NCBI GenBank assembly: GCA_965203555.1
Contig: CBDBCY010000004.1
Coordinates: 2,304,001-2,368,000, forward strand
Length of the DNA: 64,000 nucleotides
Direction of reading: 5' to 3'
Source of the DNA: Acidimicrobiia bacterium
Lineage (GTDB): Bacteria; Actinomycetota; Acidimicrobiia; Spongiisociales; ZC4RG35
In this document: one piece after another, positions 25,938 through 37,083 of the stretch
How the letters are laid out: each line of letters begins with the position of its first letter
Numbering within the stretch: position 1 is the first letter of the stretch
Notes under the pieces: model-generated
The model's database searches: none
What the model saw: only the letters and a program-made list of their open reading frames with translations
Told to the model about the DNA's origin: nothing
Translations under genes and position numbers: made by a program

Positions 25938-26196
25938 GACGATGCCCTGGCCGAGTCGGTGGTCGGCCTGTACAAAACCGAACTGATCCGCAACAAAGGA
26001 CCCTGGCGAGACCTCGACCACGTCGAGAATCGCCACCCTCGAAATGCGTGGACTGGTACACCTCCACCGAAGACTCCTCGAACCAATCGGAGACACACCG
26101 ACCCGCCGAAAAGGAGGCCAACCACTACAGTAAACCACCACCAACAACCGGAGAACTACTCACACAAAACACTCTCCGATGAACTCGGGGCGTTCA
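25938..26196 (+). mobile_element. Degenerate IS3-family 3' remnant
   Basis: 'DDALAESVVGLYKTELIRNKGPWRDLDHVE' integrase-core tail followed by frameshifts. Right end ...GAACTCGGGGCGTTCA. Confidence 0.82.
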
Positions 26197-26269
26197 CACC
26201 CGATCTGTGGATTGAGGCTGAATGACCCAGGATCGCCTTTTACCCAGATTCCGCGGGACGGGATCGCTT

Positions 26270-26704
26270 CTAATCTGGGCAGGCTCTTCTGTCGAGTACT
26301 GCGGCTTGTATCTCGTCCGCTATCGAATCCAGGTTCTGGTGTTCCCAGAATCTCAGAACCCGCCAACCGCCTTCGGTCAGCTGCTGGGTATGAAAACGAT
26401 CCCGCTCGACATTGGATTGGAGTTTGGCCGCCCACCACTCTCGGTTGGTCTTGGGCGAAGAGCGATGGTCAGGACAGGAGTGCCAGAAGCACCCGTCCAG
26501 GTAGACAGCGATCCGGAGGCGAGGAAAAGCTATGTCCGGTTTGGAGCGGGTGAGATGGGGGATGGGGAAGTTCACCCGATATCGCAGTCCCCGAGCGTGG
26601 AGGATACGACGTACTTTCAGTTCCAGCGGTGTGTCGGATCTCGGGGTGTTCTTCATACGTCGGCGGACCGCAGCCGAGACGGCGGATGGAGTTCGGGAGG
26701 ACAC
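26270..26704 (-). CDS. vsr: Very-short-patch repair endonuclease
   Basis: 'RMKNTPRSDTPLELKVRRILH', 'KPDIAF', 'YLDGCFWHSCP', 'NVERD', 'GWRVLRFWEH'. Confidence 0.93.
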   Translation of the reverse strand: MSSRTPSAVSAAVRRRMKNTPRSDTPLELKVRRILHARGLRYRVNFPIPHLTRSKPDIAFPRLRIAVYLDGCFWHSCPDHRSSPKTNREWWAAKLQSNVERDRFHTQQLTEGGWRVLRFWEHQNLDSIADEIQAAVLDRRACPD

Positions 26705-26708
26705 CTGG

Positions 26709-28055
26709 CTATCGGGGCCGGTCAGCCGCCAGCAACGACAAGGCGGCGGCATAGCCGAGGGGCATGGGAACCGCGTTGCCTATCCACTGAGCGACCCTGG
26801 TGCGAGAAGGGGGCTTTCGAGAATTGGTGACAAAGCAGTAGGTGTTCGGAAACCCCTGGATGCGGGCCCCTTCCCGGAGGGTCAGAGTTCGGCGTCGGGT
26901 CGGATGCACGTATCTCCCTCTGCCCGGTGACAGGAACCCAGTAGTGAGAGTGGGGGCGGGATGTTCTTCCCGCATCCTTCCATACACCGACCGGTAGCTG
27001 GTTCCGTTTCTGTGGCTGGGAGGACGTTCGGGGGGCGGCAGTTCGTAGCGGTCGTTGTCGAACAGCCAGTCAATCCGGGAGCGGTTCTCGTCGCTGAGTT
27101 CGGCAGGCTGGTCCAAGAAATGCGGGCCGGTCGCATCCTGAAGGTCTTTGATCGCCCACATGAGTGACCGTGGTCGGTCCTCGGCCAACATCTCGGCGAT
27201 GATGCCCAGAGGGATCGGCTGTTCATTCCGATGAGCCACCATGAAAAAACGCTGGCGGGTCTGTGGCCATCCCATGGCGTCGGCGGCCAGAATGCCGGAC
27301 TCCACCCGGTAGCCGGCCGATTCGAAGAGGGCGCGGGCGGTTTCCACCACCTGGGAACGGTCCCGTACCACTGCCGGGACGTTCTCGATGATTGCCATGC
27401 GGGCGTCGACGGCGGCAGTGAATGCGGGAACCGTCATATAGAGCTCGTTGCGCTTGTCTGTGCGGCGGGTGTGATTGTTGAGATTGGAATGACCCTGGCA
27501 AGGAGGACCGGCCATAATCAGGTCGATGCTTGCCAGCCTTTCGTTGATGTCCGGGTTTACGATTTCCGGTTCATAGACGAACGATGCCCTTTTGGCCCAC
27601 TCCTCTACTCTAAAGTCGATCAGGGCGGTCACCGACTCGGTGGATCGAAACCGGGTGCTGTGGTTTGCGGCGTAGACATCGGCGGCCTCTTCGTCCAGAT
27701 CGCAAATCAGCTCCGACACTAGAGCCGATCCCATCTCCGCTGCCAGTTGTTTGACACCCAGAGCCAGCCCTCCGATCCCGCAAAAGAGATCGACGGCACG
27801 AAGGACCCCCCGGCTGGGATTACGCGGTCGGGGCCTCGTTCCCTCTAGATAGGACCTCCACCAGTCACCCTTCGCATTGACGGTTTCGCTTGTTCCCCCT
27901 GGGAGGGATGCGCCGGAGAGGTCGATCCGCGACTCTATGTCCAGCACCCCCGTTCGCAGGGTGTGGATCAGTTCTCGGTCCCTCCGTACATAGGACTCCG
28001 GCTGGAAGCTACTTGCGGTGTCCTTGAAAACCGGGTCCGGCTGGTGCAGCGTCAT
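26709..28055 (-). CDS. DNA (cytosine-5) methyltransferase
   Basis: Motifs I 'DLFCGIGG', IV 'GPPCQGHS', VI 'ENV', VIII 'QTRQR', IX 'REGARIQGFP', X 'GNAVP'. ATGA overlap at 28052-28055. Confidence 0.95.
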   Translation of the reverse strand: MTLHQPDPVFKDTASSFQPESYVRRDRELIHTLRTGVLDIESRIDLSGASLPGGTSETVNAKGDWWRSYLEGTRPRPRNPSRGVLRAVDLFCGIGGLALGVKQLAAEMGSALVSELICDLDEEAADVYAANHSTRFRSTESVTALIDFRVEEWAKRASFVYEPEIVNPDINERLASIDLIMAGPPCQGHSNLNNHTRRTDKRNELYMTVPAFTAAVDARMAIIENVPAVVRDRSQVVETARALFESAGYRVESGILAADAMGWPQTRQRFFMVAHRNEQPIPLGIIAEMLAEDRPRSLMWAIKDLQDATGPHFLDQPAELSDENRSRIDWLFDNDRYELPPPERPPSHRNGTSYRSVYGRMREEHPAPTLTTGFLSPGRGRYVHPTRRRTLTLREGARIQGFPNTYCFVTNSRKPPSRTRVAQWIGNAVPMPLGYAAALSLLAADRPR

Positions 28056-28765
28056 GTGGAGGGCTTCGTTTCGCCGGTTACTTCCCGGCGGAGTTCCCAT
28101 ATCAAATCGTGCGCCTCGTCCTCGGTGTATTGGTTTAGCAGGACGTTGGTCCAGGTCCGATTGAGGGCTCTGGCCAGAGCGCGTACGTCGCTGGTCAGCA
28201 TTCGATGATCGCATTGCATCTTCACCAGGGCACGGGTTACTGCCGGAACCGTGCCGGTTCTGGTTCTCAGTATGTGGCTTCGCCAGAAATCGGTGGATTG
28301 GGGGACGGCGCCGGCAAGGTGGGCGTGCTCCAAGCCACCCAAAGCGGCTACTCGCAAGTACATTCGGGTGAGAACGCACTCGGTGGAGTTTCTGCCGTTG
28401 ATGTACTTCATGTGGTTCCCTCTTTCGAAGGCTCCCTGCTCTCTCCAGGATATGAAATTCCAGAAGAACCGCAGACTGAGGTATCTCCAGAAACTCGGAT
28501 CATCCAGTATCGCTACCGGCACATCTTGCAGGGACTCGAAGAGGATTGGCGAAAGTTTGCCTTCAACCAGATCGCGATCCTTTTTCTCGGTGTGCCCGAC
28601 CCATTCCTGGTGAAATCGCCGTGACGCAGCACTGATTCTTTCCATATCGATGTCCTCTCCCGTTCCGAGCCATTTCGCCATGATGTCCACGGCCGGGGTG
28701 TGGCCGGCCAGCATTTCCTCGGCCGTCTCCCGACAGTCGGAGAGAGTCAATGTCGGATATCTCAT
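28052..28765 (-). CDS. Hypothetical protein, DUF6339-like
   Basis: 'DPSFWRYLS..F..FISWR', 'LTRMYLR' and 'VRALARALN' resemble the DUF6339 pattern as I recall it. Translationally coupled on both sides. Confidence 0.55.
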   Translation of the reverse strand: MRYPTLTLSDCRETAEEMLAGHTPAVDIMAKWLGTGEDIDMERISAASRRFHQEWVGHTEKKDRDLVEGKLSPILFESLQDVPVAILDDPSFWRYLSLRFFWNFISWREQGAFERGNHMKYINGRNSTECVLTRMYLRVAALGGLEHAHLAGAVPQSTDFWRSHILRTRTGTVPAVTRALVKMQCDHRMLTSDVRALARALNRTWTNVLLNQYTEDEAHDLIWELRREVTGETKPST

Positions 28766-29751
28766 GATGTTCCTTCCCGCAAGGTGGACAAGAACTGTTT
28801 GCGGATGCCGATCTCCGCTTCGGCCATGGCTATCAGTTTTTGTGGATCGTCCGTCACCAGTCGCATGAGATGCTCCTGCTCCGACGGAGTGGTGGGCTTG
28901 GCGATCAGGCGAAGCACTCGCCCCAGGAGCGTCCCCTCCAGGTCGCTCCAGGTCTTGTCGCTGTCAGGTTCGGACCGGGAGGCCGAGGCATGGATGACGG
29001 CGGTTAAGAAATCACATGCCAGTTGGAACTGAACGGCGGCGCCGGCGGAGGATTTCTTGTGAATATTCAGCAGGTCGAGCAGGTCCTTGTCCACAAAGAA
29101 CCTGGGAGGATCCTGATCTTCGTAAGATTCCAGGGGATTGTGGCCTTCCATGTGGAGGTAACGCATGGTTCCGGGCGGAAGTTTGTGCTCTTTGCGGTCT
29201 TCTGGGGTGAGCGGTTCTGGCCTGAAGAGGCGATGGGACAGTTTGGTGGTTATGCGAAAGATGGCGCGGGCCAGCCAAGTGCCCTTGCGCCAAGGTTGGA
29301 GAGGTTGCGCGCCTATCGTCCGGTTCAGCAACAGATAGGTGGTGACCACTGCGCCGTTCACACCAGCGGTCAGAGCCCGCGGTCGGGGCGGCCGGTGCAG
29401 GTTCACGGTTGCAGGCAGGGAATCCAGATCTGAAAGTGGGCGATCGAAGACTACGTCACTGATCTTCAAGTAGGGACTGTTGATTGTGACTAGGAGAGAA
29501 AGAGCGGAGAGGTCAAGTCCGGCCTGGGAGACTCCTCCAGTCAAGTCTGCCCGGAATTGGTCCAGGGACTTTTCCTCGCTTCCCCAGTGGAGAACCGCTG
29601 TCTGTTGACCGAACCAGAGGGAGTCTTCCTGAAAAGTTATGCTGGATCCCGCTCGGCAGGTGTGTTCGCCAAACCCGACGGTGACATGGTCCAGTATCTG
29701 ACCGAGATCGATGCCCTCGAAAGGGCGGATCTCCCGTATTTCTCGATTCAA
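28762..29751 (-). CDS. Hypothetical protein (329 aa) in the methylase operon
   Basis: Overlaps both neighbours by 4 bp. No motif recognised. Confidence 0.75.
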   Translation of the reverse strand: MNREIREIRPFEGIDLGQILDHVTVGFGEHTCRAGSSITFQEDSLWFGQQTAVLHWGSEEKSLDQFRADLTGGVSQAGLDLSALSLLVTINSPYLKISDVVFDRPLSDLDSLPATVNLHRPPRPRALTAGVNGAVVTTYLLLNRTIGAQPLQPWRKGTWLARAIFRITTKLSHRLFRPEPLTPEDRKEHKLPPGTMRYLHMEGHNPLESYEDQDPPRFFVDKDLLDLLNIHKKSSAGAAVQFQLACDFLTAVIHASASRSEPDSDKTWSDLEGTLLGRVLRLIAKPTTPSEQEHLMRLVTDDPQKLIAMAEAEIGIRKQFLSTLREGTS

Positions 29752-31630
29752 GAGGAGCTGCCTTCGACGATTTCCGCCTCAGCGTACAGCCGACCCGACC
29801 ACTCGGACCGATAAGCATCGGTGGTGTATTCGAAAACCCCTCGCTCGTGCTTAACCAGCTCTCCGAGGAAAACTCCTGGTCTCTTCCGATCCTCCACGAA
29901 TCCCGGATGCGGCGTTATTGAAGTTTCAACGGCTTCTCCGGGCTTCCCGTCCTCTAGGAATCTGTAGCGAATCGATACCGCTACCTTCGCCTTCTCCTCT
30001 TGGCAGTGTTCGCTGAGAGAGACTTTCACTGTCCCCTGCAGTGAAATGGCGCCTCCATCCGCCTCCTGCAATCTGTGGTCGAGATTGATGGTGACCGGTC
30101 GAGGCGGAGGCGGGGGAGGAGGAGGTGGCCCGGTCTTGTGGCCTGCCATCAATCTCCTCATGATCCTGTCGAAATGGGGAAGTTCAATGTGCTCGGAAGG
30201 GCGTTCAGGTGGTTGGAGCTGTTTGCGAAAGTTACGGAGGCGCCTTTTGATACCTTGCTTTATTTTTCGGGCCAGTTGGTAGGCTTCAGGGGGGACGGAG
30301 GAATCTCCCTCAGCCTTGGTCTGCCACAGATCGTGGGCGCTGGGCTCGGTGCCGCTGAGCAGCTCATCAACCTGATCGTGGGCTACAAAGGCACCGCGGG
30401 CGAAAGGGGCTGTTTGCCTCACCGACAGATACTCAACCACCATCCGCGGCTTTCGCATCAAAGCTATGATGCTTCGGTGCTCAATGGAGGGGTCATCTCC
30501 AGGGCCGGGAAAGGACCAGCCGTCGGGATCGGATACCAAACCCAGGATGCCTGCCTCGGAACCAGTTCTTATTGGATGTCTCCTGCCCATGCTAGGTACG
30601 GCGGTGGCGCCCGTGGCGATTTCATATGCGCCGATAAAGGTGTTCAAGTCAGGGTCTTTACGGGGACGGGGATAGAGACGTTTCCCATCTTCGGTGCGAA
30701 CGTAGGCGTTGAACCTGAGAGAGTGATCGGCGAGGGCTGGCCACCAATATCGTTCAATGGCTCTGACGAGGTCGATTGCGCATACTCTCGGCTCAACGAG
30801 CAGAAAGCTGGTTCCGGTACCTCTTTCCCGCGTTCCCGAAGGGGAGCGGATTGTCATTCCGAGAGACTTGGCTATCTGGTCGGCCTCGCGGTTAACGAAG
30901 GGTTCCGCATAGCCTGAATCCCCTACTCTTCCGAGACGGGCGAAGCCGGTGTAGCTCTGACTGTTCTTTTCATGCCGGGCCCAGTAGGTCATGCCGAGCA
31001 GGCGTCTGGTCACCCCGGGGTCGTCGGGCCGTTCCTTGAAGCAGGTGTAGGCCACCACCGTCCTGATAGCCGAGCTCTGGATCATCCCGGCCTTGCCGTA
31101 GCCGAAGGTCCCGCCCGATCCCCCACTCTTCTTGGTGTATCCCACGCTCACCATGCCCAGCCACAACTTAGAGCGGTCGTGCTGCCACGGTCCGTACATG
31201 CCTGTACTTCCCTTTTCCTCTATTAGCAGATAGGGAAGTACAGCTTTCGTGTCAGCCAGTCGATCGAGACAGGTCTTCTCCGCCAGCCCCACGGTTTTGG
31301 GTTCCATTCCGCGCAGATGCTCGGACAGTTCGGCCAACCCGAGGTTCTCTGTCAGGGAACGGCGTTCCCGGCCCTCAGCCCTCCTGAAAGAAAACCCTAT
31401 CTGGAAGTCGGGGGGGGGGCTTGGATGCCATCGCGCAGTTCGAGCGCCGCGTCCCAAGCGTTCTGAACGACTTCTCTGGCCAGGTAGACAGCTTGGAGCG
31501 GGGGAGGATTGACTGCCAAGACTCCGGGTGTATCAACCGGCTCATTTCGGAAGAGCTTGGATAGATCTCCGGAAACACCACTACGGTTGGGATCGGGCGT
31601 TTCCCAGGTCCAGCGGCGCACGATAGGCAA
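29748..31630 (-). CDS. GHKL (MORC/Hsp90-like) ATPase-domain protein, frameshifted at a C10 tract (31410-31419)
   Basis: N-box 'LAREVVQNAWDA' is in ORF 31397-31630. 'IEEKGSTG' and 'GGSGGTFGYGK' are in ORF 29748-31457. C11 or C8 would join the two. Confidence 0.75.
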
Positions 31631-32305
31631 TTCTAGTCAGAAGTCCTTTACTATAGAAAAGGATCCTTGTTAGGGTCGTCGTTGGTGACTTCTTATTGCT
31701 TTGGACCTGGATATGTTGCTGTTCCGCGATGGAGTCGGCCAAGGCGAAGAACTGGCCGGTGCTCTCCCTGCTCGGATGTGAGATATGCAATCCCCGACCT
31801 CTCACAGAAACGGGCCCCGTCTCACCGCGGGCCAAATCAGTTACCCGCCCGTCCAACAGGCCTGTCACATTTTAGGACTATGTGGATCACGCCGTGGATA
31901 TGGGACAACTTTGCGCAAATGACCCGATCTGCGAGGATATGGTTGGGGATTTCGTCGATGTTCCAGTGAGATAGCCTCTCCAGTAAATGGGAACGGTAAA
32001 CCCGAGAGAAAACCGCAGTATTGAGGAGCGCCTCGAATTCGACACAACCGAGGGAACCAACGTCGTTCCAGTTATCCCTGTTCGCATGTCTGAAGCAGGG
32101 CTCCTGGTAGATGGACCTGCGATAGCAAGGGAGCCGGGGCATCGTCGTCTGTGGTCGCGGTTCCGAAGACATCAGCAATCGAGAACATCCGGCACTGCGC
32201 GTCGTGGTGGGATGGGGGTCTGCACTGGTTGACGCTCGTTGACGAAGCCTGATATCAAAACCGGGTTGCGCTCCTCCCGCCGATCACCCTGTGTGACCGG
32301 TTGCT

Positions 32306-33496
32306 TCAGGTGGCCGGGGTGATCAGCTGGTAGGTGATGGTTTGATCGAAACCGGTGGCGGAGAAGATGGTGGTCGTCTCACCGGTTTCGTTGGGAATGG
32401 TCATATGGGTGGTTACTTCTCCCGAGACTTGGTAGTCGCCCTCCAGCACCAGACCTGCATCCGAGTCGAACCGGGTCACGGCTACGGCGGTGGTGGGAGA
32501 GGCGCTTACCAGCATGGTCAGTTCCGAAATGGCTTCTTGGCCTTCTCGGGCTTCTTCGCTGTCGAGTTCGTCAGTGAAAGCCCCGAACATTTCCTTGAGG
32601 AATTCGGTCATGTCCCACTCGAACGCCTCGGTCCGGTATTGGCTCTCCACCACCAGGATGGAGCTTTCTCCCTCTGTATCCACCTCCACCAGGCGGTGCT
32701 CCGCAGTGGTGACGATCATCCCCATGTCGGCCGGTCCCTCCTGCTCGGTTCGCTCGGTCCAGGTGTCGCCGATGCCTACCGGATGATCGGGGAAGGCGGG
32801 GCCGAACGGCCTGCTGAGTTCCTGGCTCCCTATCGAGTTGGCGGATAGAAAGCTCTCTCCGCCGAATAACTCGTCAAGTTCTTCACTGGCAATCTCCAGC
32901 ACGTTGCCCTGTTGATCCACCACCACCGTGATGTCGATGGGCGTCTCGAACCCGGGCGCCCCGCTGTCGGGAGAGCTGGGTACGGTGATTCCGCCCATCT
33001 GCATCTTGTTTGCGACCAGGGCCAAATCCGACAGGATCCGGATGCTGGTGGTGCCCTCCTCCGGACCGGGACCGGTCTGGTAGCTAATGGTGCCCTCCAG
33101 CGTGCTGGAGATCCGGATGGGTCCGGGAGGATCTTCTTCGGGTGATCCGCTTTCCACTGTCACGTCGGCCTCTTGCTGGATCGACATCCGGTATGACACT
33201 TCACCGGAAGCCGGATAGCGGTAGGAGACCACCCTCGGCTCGAATTCCGGAGCAGCCGTGGTGGTGGTTGTGGGGGGAGGGGCGGTGGTAGAGGTGGTTT
33301 CCGGCGGAGAAGTGGTGGTAGTGGTGCGAGCCGATGCAGTGGCGCCAGCGGTGGTCTCAGTGGCGGCGGTGGTCGGGGATGTTGCAGGCGGCTGATTGGA
33401 GGAAGAATCTTCCCCGCATGCGGCTGCCGACAGGGATACTGCGCACAGCACCACAAGAGACAAACGATACGAGAAACGGTGACGGAGTCGGCTCAT
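32306..33496 (-). CDS. Hypothetical lipoprotein with Thr/Pro-rich linker
   Basis: Signal peptide with lipobox 'SAAAC', Thr-rich stretch, acidic beta-rich body. Confidence 0.8.
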   Translation of the reverse strand: MSRLRHRFSYRLSLVVLCAVSLSAAACGEDSSSNQPPATSPTTAATETTAGATASARTTTTTSPPETTSTTAPPPTTTTTAAPEFEPRVVSYRYPASGEVSYRMSIQQEADVTVESGSPEEDPPGPIRISSTLEGTISYQTGPGPEEGTTSIRILSDLALVANKMQMGGITVPSSPDSGAPGFETPIDITVVVDQQGNVLEIASEELDELFGGESFLSANSIGSQELSRPFGPAFPDHPVGIGDTWTERTEQEGPADMGMIVTTAEHRLVEVDTEGESSILVVESQYRTEAFEWDMTEFLKEMFGAFTDELDSEEAREGQEAISELTMLVSASPTTAVAVTRFDSDAGLVLEGDYQVSGEVTTHMTIPNETGETTTIFSATGFDQTITYQLITPAT

Positions 33497-33608
33497 GTCC
33501 TCCCAGGATATAGATGGTCGGTGCTGTGCCGACTGGTATTGGAGGCGGTGGATGGTGTGGCGGCGGGTGGTCGTCTGCTCTGCCGGCCTGTTCTCCTGCT
33601 GTTTACCG

Positions 33609-34187
33609 TCAACCGAAGTAGTCAGGCTCTTGGCCGGGGATCCACTTGATGTTGCATCCGATGGAAGGCTTCTGGATTGCGGGCGCCTCCCGGTCGGCCA
33701 GCACGGCGTCCACCGCGGCGCGCAGGTCTTTGCCGGTTACCGGGATGCGGTTGGAGGGCCGGGAATCATCGAATTGACCCCGGTAGACCAAGTCCCGATC
33801 CGCGTCGAACACGAAGAAGTCAGGTGTGCAGGCCGCCGTGTAGGACTTGGCGACCTCCTGGGTTTCGTCGTAAAGGTAGGGAAAGGCATATCCCATCCTG
33901 CGGGCCATGGCCGCCAGTTTGTCCGGGGCGTCACCGGGGTACTTCTTCGCGTCGTTGGCGCTGATTCCCACGATGGAAACGTCGCTTCCCCGGTAGTCGT
34001 TCCCGAATCTGACCAATCCTCTCTGGATGTGGATGACAAACGGGCAATGGTTGCAGATGAACATCACCACCAGGGCTTTCCCATCGCAGTCGGAAAGAGA
34101 TACCGTATCTCCGCTGACGGTGTCGGTGAGAGAGAAGTTCGGCGCTGGGGTTCCGAGAGGAAGCATGGTCGAGAGGGTGTCTACCAC
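33609..34187 (-). CDS. Thioredoxin/AhpC-TSA (PRX-like) protein
   Basis: 'MLPLGTPAPNFSL', 'FICNHCPFV', 'AACTPDFF', 'YRGQFDDSRP', 'PSIGCNIKW'. GGAG RBS. Confidence 0.92.
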   Translation of the reverse strand: MVDTLSTMLPLGTPAPNFSLTDTVSGDTVSLSDCDGKALVVMFICNHCPFVIHIQRGLVRFGNDYRGSDVSIVGISANDAKKYPGDAPDKLAAMARRMGYAFPYLYDETQEVAKSYTAACTPDFFVFDADRDLVYRGQFDDSRPSNRIPVTGKDLRAAVDAVLADREAPAIQKPSIGCNIKWIPGQEPDYFG

Positions 34188-34259
34188 AATTATTCTCCGT
34201 TCTGATCTTGCAGGCTCCTGAACACCCAAGATTAGACCGCTCGGTAGCCTTGTCAATCG

Positions 34260-35165
34260 ATGCCGGAACTGCCTGACGTGGCCTTGTATCTGCGGGCGCT
34301 GGAACCGCGGATCGTGGGAAAGCCGGTTACCGGGTTTCTGGTTCGATCCATGTCGGTTCTCAGAACCTACCAACCTCCTTACGACCAAGTGGTGGGAAAG
34401 ACCGTGGTGGGCCTGAGGCGCATCGGCAAACGCATCGTGTGGGAGTTCGATCAGGACCATTTGTACCTGGTCATCCACCTGATGGTGGCCGGAAGGCTGC
34501 GGTGGCATGATCGGGAAGGTGTGAAGCCTCCCGGCAAAGTGGGATTGGCGGCCTGGGGCTTTCCCGGATCGACCCTGGTCCTGACCGAGCAGGGGTCCAA
34601 ACGCCGGGCCGGAATATGGGTGTTATCGGGCGAGGAAAACCTGATGGCCGAAGACCGGGGAGGACTGGAGCCCCTGGACGTTTCGACCGATCAGTTCAGC
34701 CACGCCACAAGAAGCAGAAACCACACGCTCAAGCGAGCCTTGACCAGCCAGGCTATTTTCTCGGGGATCGGCAACGCCTACTCCGACGAGATACTGTGGG
34801 AGGCGCGACTGTCGCCCGTCAAGATGACATCGCGGCTCAGCGATGACGAGGTGGAACGGCTTCACCGGGCGGTGGTGAAGGTCCTCACTCTCTGGACGGA
34901 GCGTTTGGCCGCGGAGACCGGGGAGAAATGGCCGACCAAGGTGACCGCCTTCCGCCCGGAGATGGCGGTGCACGGCAAGTACGGGAAACCCTGTCCCCGG
35001 TGTGGAGCGCCCGTACAGAGAATCGTCTATGCCAGCAACGAGACCAACTACTGCGCCTCCTGCCAGACGGGAGGGAAACTCTTGGCCGATCGCTCGCTGT
35101 CCCGGCTACTCAAAAAGGACTGGCCCAGAACCCTGGAGGAGTTGGAGGAAATGCGAGGCGGCTGA
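34260..35165 (+). CDS. Fpg/Nei-family DNA glycosylase
   Basis: 'MPELPDV', 'IHLMVAGRL', 'GIGNAYSDEIL', zinc finger 'CPRC...CASCQ'. Confidence 0.93.
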   Translation: MPELPDVALYLRALEPRIVGKPVTGFLVRSMSVLRTYQPPYDQVVGKTVVGLRRIGKRIVWEFDQDHLYLVIHLMVAGRLRWHDREGVKPPGKVGLAAWGFPGSTLVLTEQGSKRRAGIWVLSGEENLMAEDRGGLEPLDVSTDQFSHATRSRNHTLKRALTSQAIFSGIGNAYSDEILWEARLSPVKMTSRLSDDEVERLHRAVVKVLTLWTERLAAETGEKWPTKVTAFRPEMAVHGKYGKPCPRCGAPVQRIVYASNETNYCASCQTGGKLLADRSLSRLLKKDWPRTLEELEEMRGG

Positions 35166-35226
35166 TGGGGACCTTGTATACAGGTTGGGCGTTCGTAGCC
35201 CTTGTGGCTGACCTATATTGAGGGAA

Positions 35227-35550
35227 ATGAGACACCTTGAGGACGCCGAACTGCGGATCGCCGACCTGAACCGCGCTTTGGCCGAGGAGGGTGATCCGGC
35301 CCGGGTCCGGTATATGACCAGTGGCCCCTCCTGGTACGAAGATGACGACGGGTGGCGCATTGTCGCGTTCTGGGAGTTGCCCGAACCGGAAGAGTCGGTG
35401 TGGCCTACAGGGATGCTATGGGAGTATCGGCATCGGGTTCAGGATCTGTTCGAGGGTCCCGATGTAACAGTGGAGAGCTATTTCCGCACCAAAGAGGAGC
35501 TTGAAAGCGGCAAGTATCACACTGGTTGGCCCATTCCTGAACTGGCCTGA
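35227..35550 (+). CDS. Small acidic hypothetical protein, possible partner of the HEPN protein
   Basis: ~107-aa ORF with GAGG RBS, 15 bp upstream of the HEPN gene. Confidence 0.6.
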   Translation: MRHLEDAELRIADLNRALAEEGDPARVRYMTSGPSWYEDDDGWRIVAFWELPEPEESVWPTGMLWEYRHRVQDLFEGPDVTVESYFRTKEELESGKYHTGWPIPELA

Positions 35551-35565
35551 CTCTGGCAGATCCCA

Positions 35566-36098
35566 TTGTCTGCTCCTACTCCCGAAGAGTTGCTGGATGT
35601 AGCCAGAGATCTCAGAAATCTGGTCCCGCCCGAAGCGAACCGACCGTACACAGCCCATCTCCGGCGGGCCATTTCAACCGCTTACTACGCCGTATTTTGC
35701 GCCTTGCGTGTAGAGATCGGCAAATCATATCCTGGTGATCTTGATCGAGTGGCGAGTCGACTTGTCAGTCACAGTTCGGCACGCGATGTCTTGGCAAACC
35801 TCCAGAGGAAGGGCGGAGACGGTTCGTTGCTTTTCATCTGGTTGCCTGATCGGCCTGTATGCGATCCTGATCTGGTTCTGTTCGCACAGACCTTTGAGCT
35901 TTTACTCAAAGAGAGGGAAAGTGCTGACTACGACTATCTGTGGCCGGCCTCCAAAAGGACGCGGAAGATGCGAGCAACTTGGCTGAGGAAGCGATTCAAC
36001 AGCTTGAGCGGGCGACAGCAAATGCTCCTGTGCAGGTCCGGGCTATCTGCCTGGCGGTCATAGCTGATTCCCGGAGCCGCAAGAGGATGAAGTTTTAG
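35566..36098 (+). CDS. HEPN-domain protein with apparent 1-nt frameshift at A4 (35953-35956)
   Basis: 'LRRAISTAYYAVF' and 'ERESADYD'. The expected last helix 'DAEDASNLAEEAI' continues in another frame to TAG 36098. Confidence 0.7.
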
Positions 36099-36181
36099 CC
36101 TGGAAGTACCTACCCCACGCGGGGACGTGACCCTTTGAAGATCAGGCCGCCGGAAGTGATATTATTCGTTGGGTAAGACCA

Positions 36182-37081
<900 letters not shown>

Positions 37082-37083
37082 AC

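Noticed and set aside
31631-32305. Gene or ncRNA in the 675-bp gap upstream of the methylase operon
   Set aside because: Only short ORFs without motifs, and no convincing structure or repeat.
33255-33380. Short tandem ACC/GGT-type repeats (also 52825-52880 and 10020-10110)
   Set aside because: They encode ordinary Thr/Pro/Ala/Glu linkers of exported proteins.
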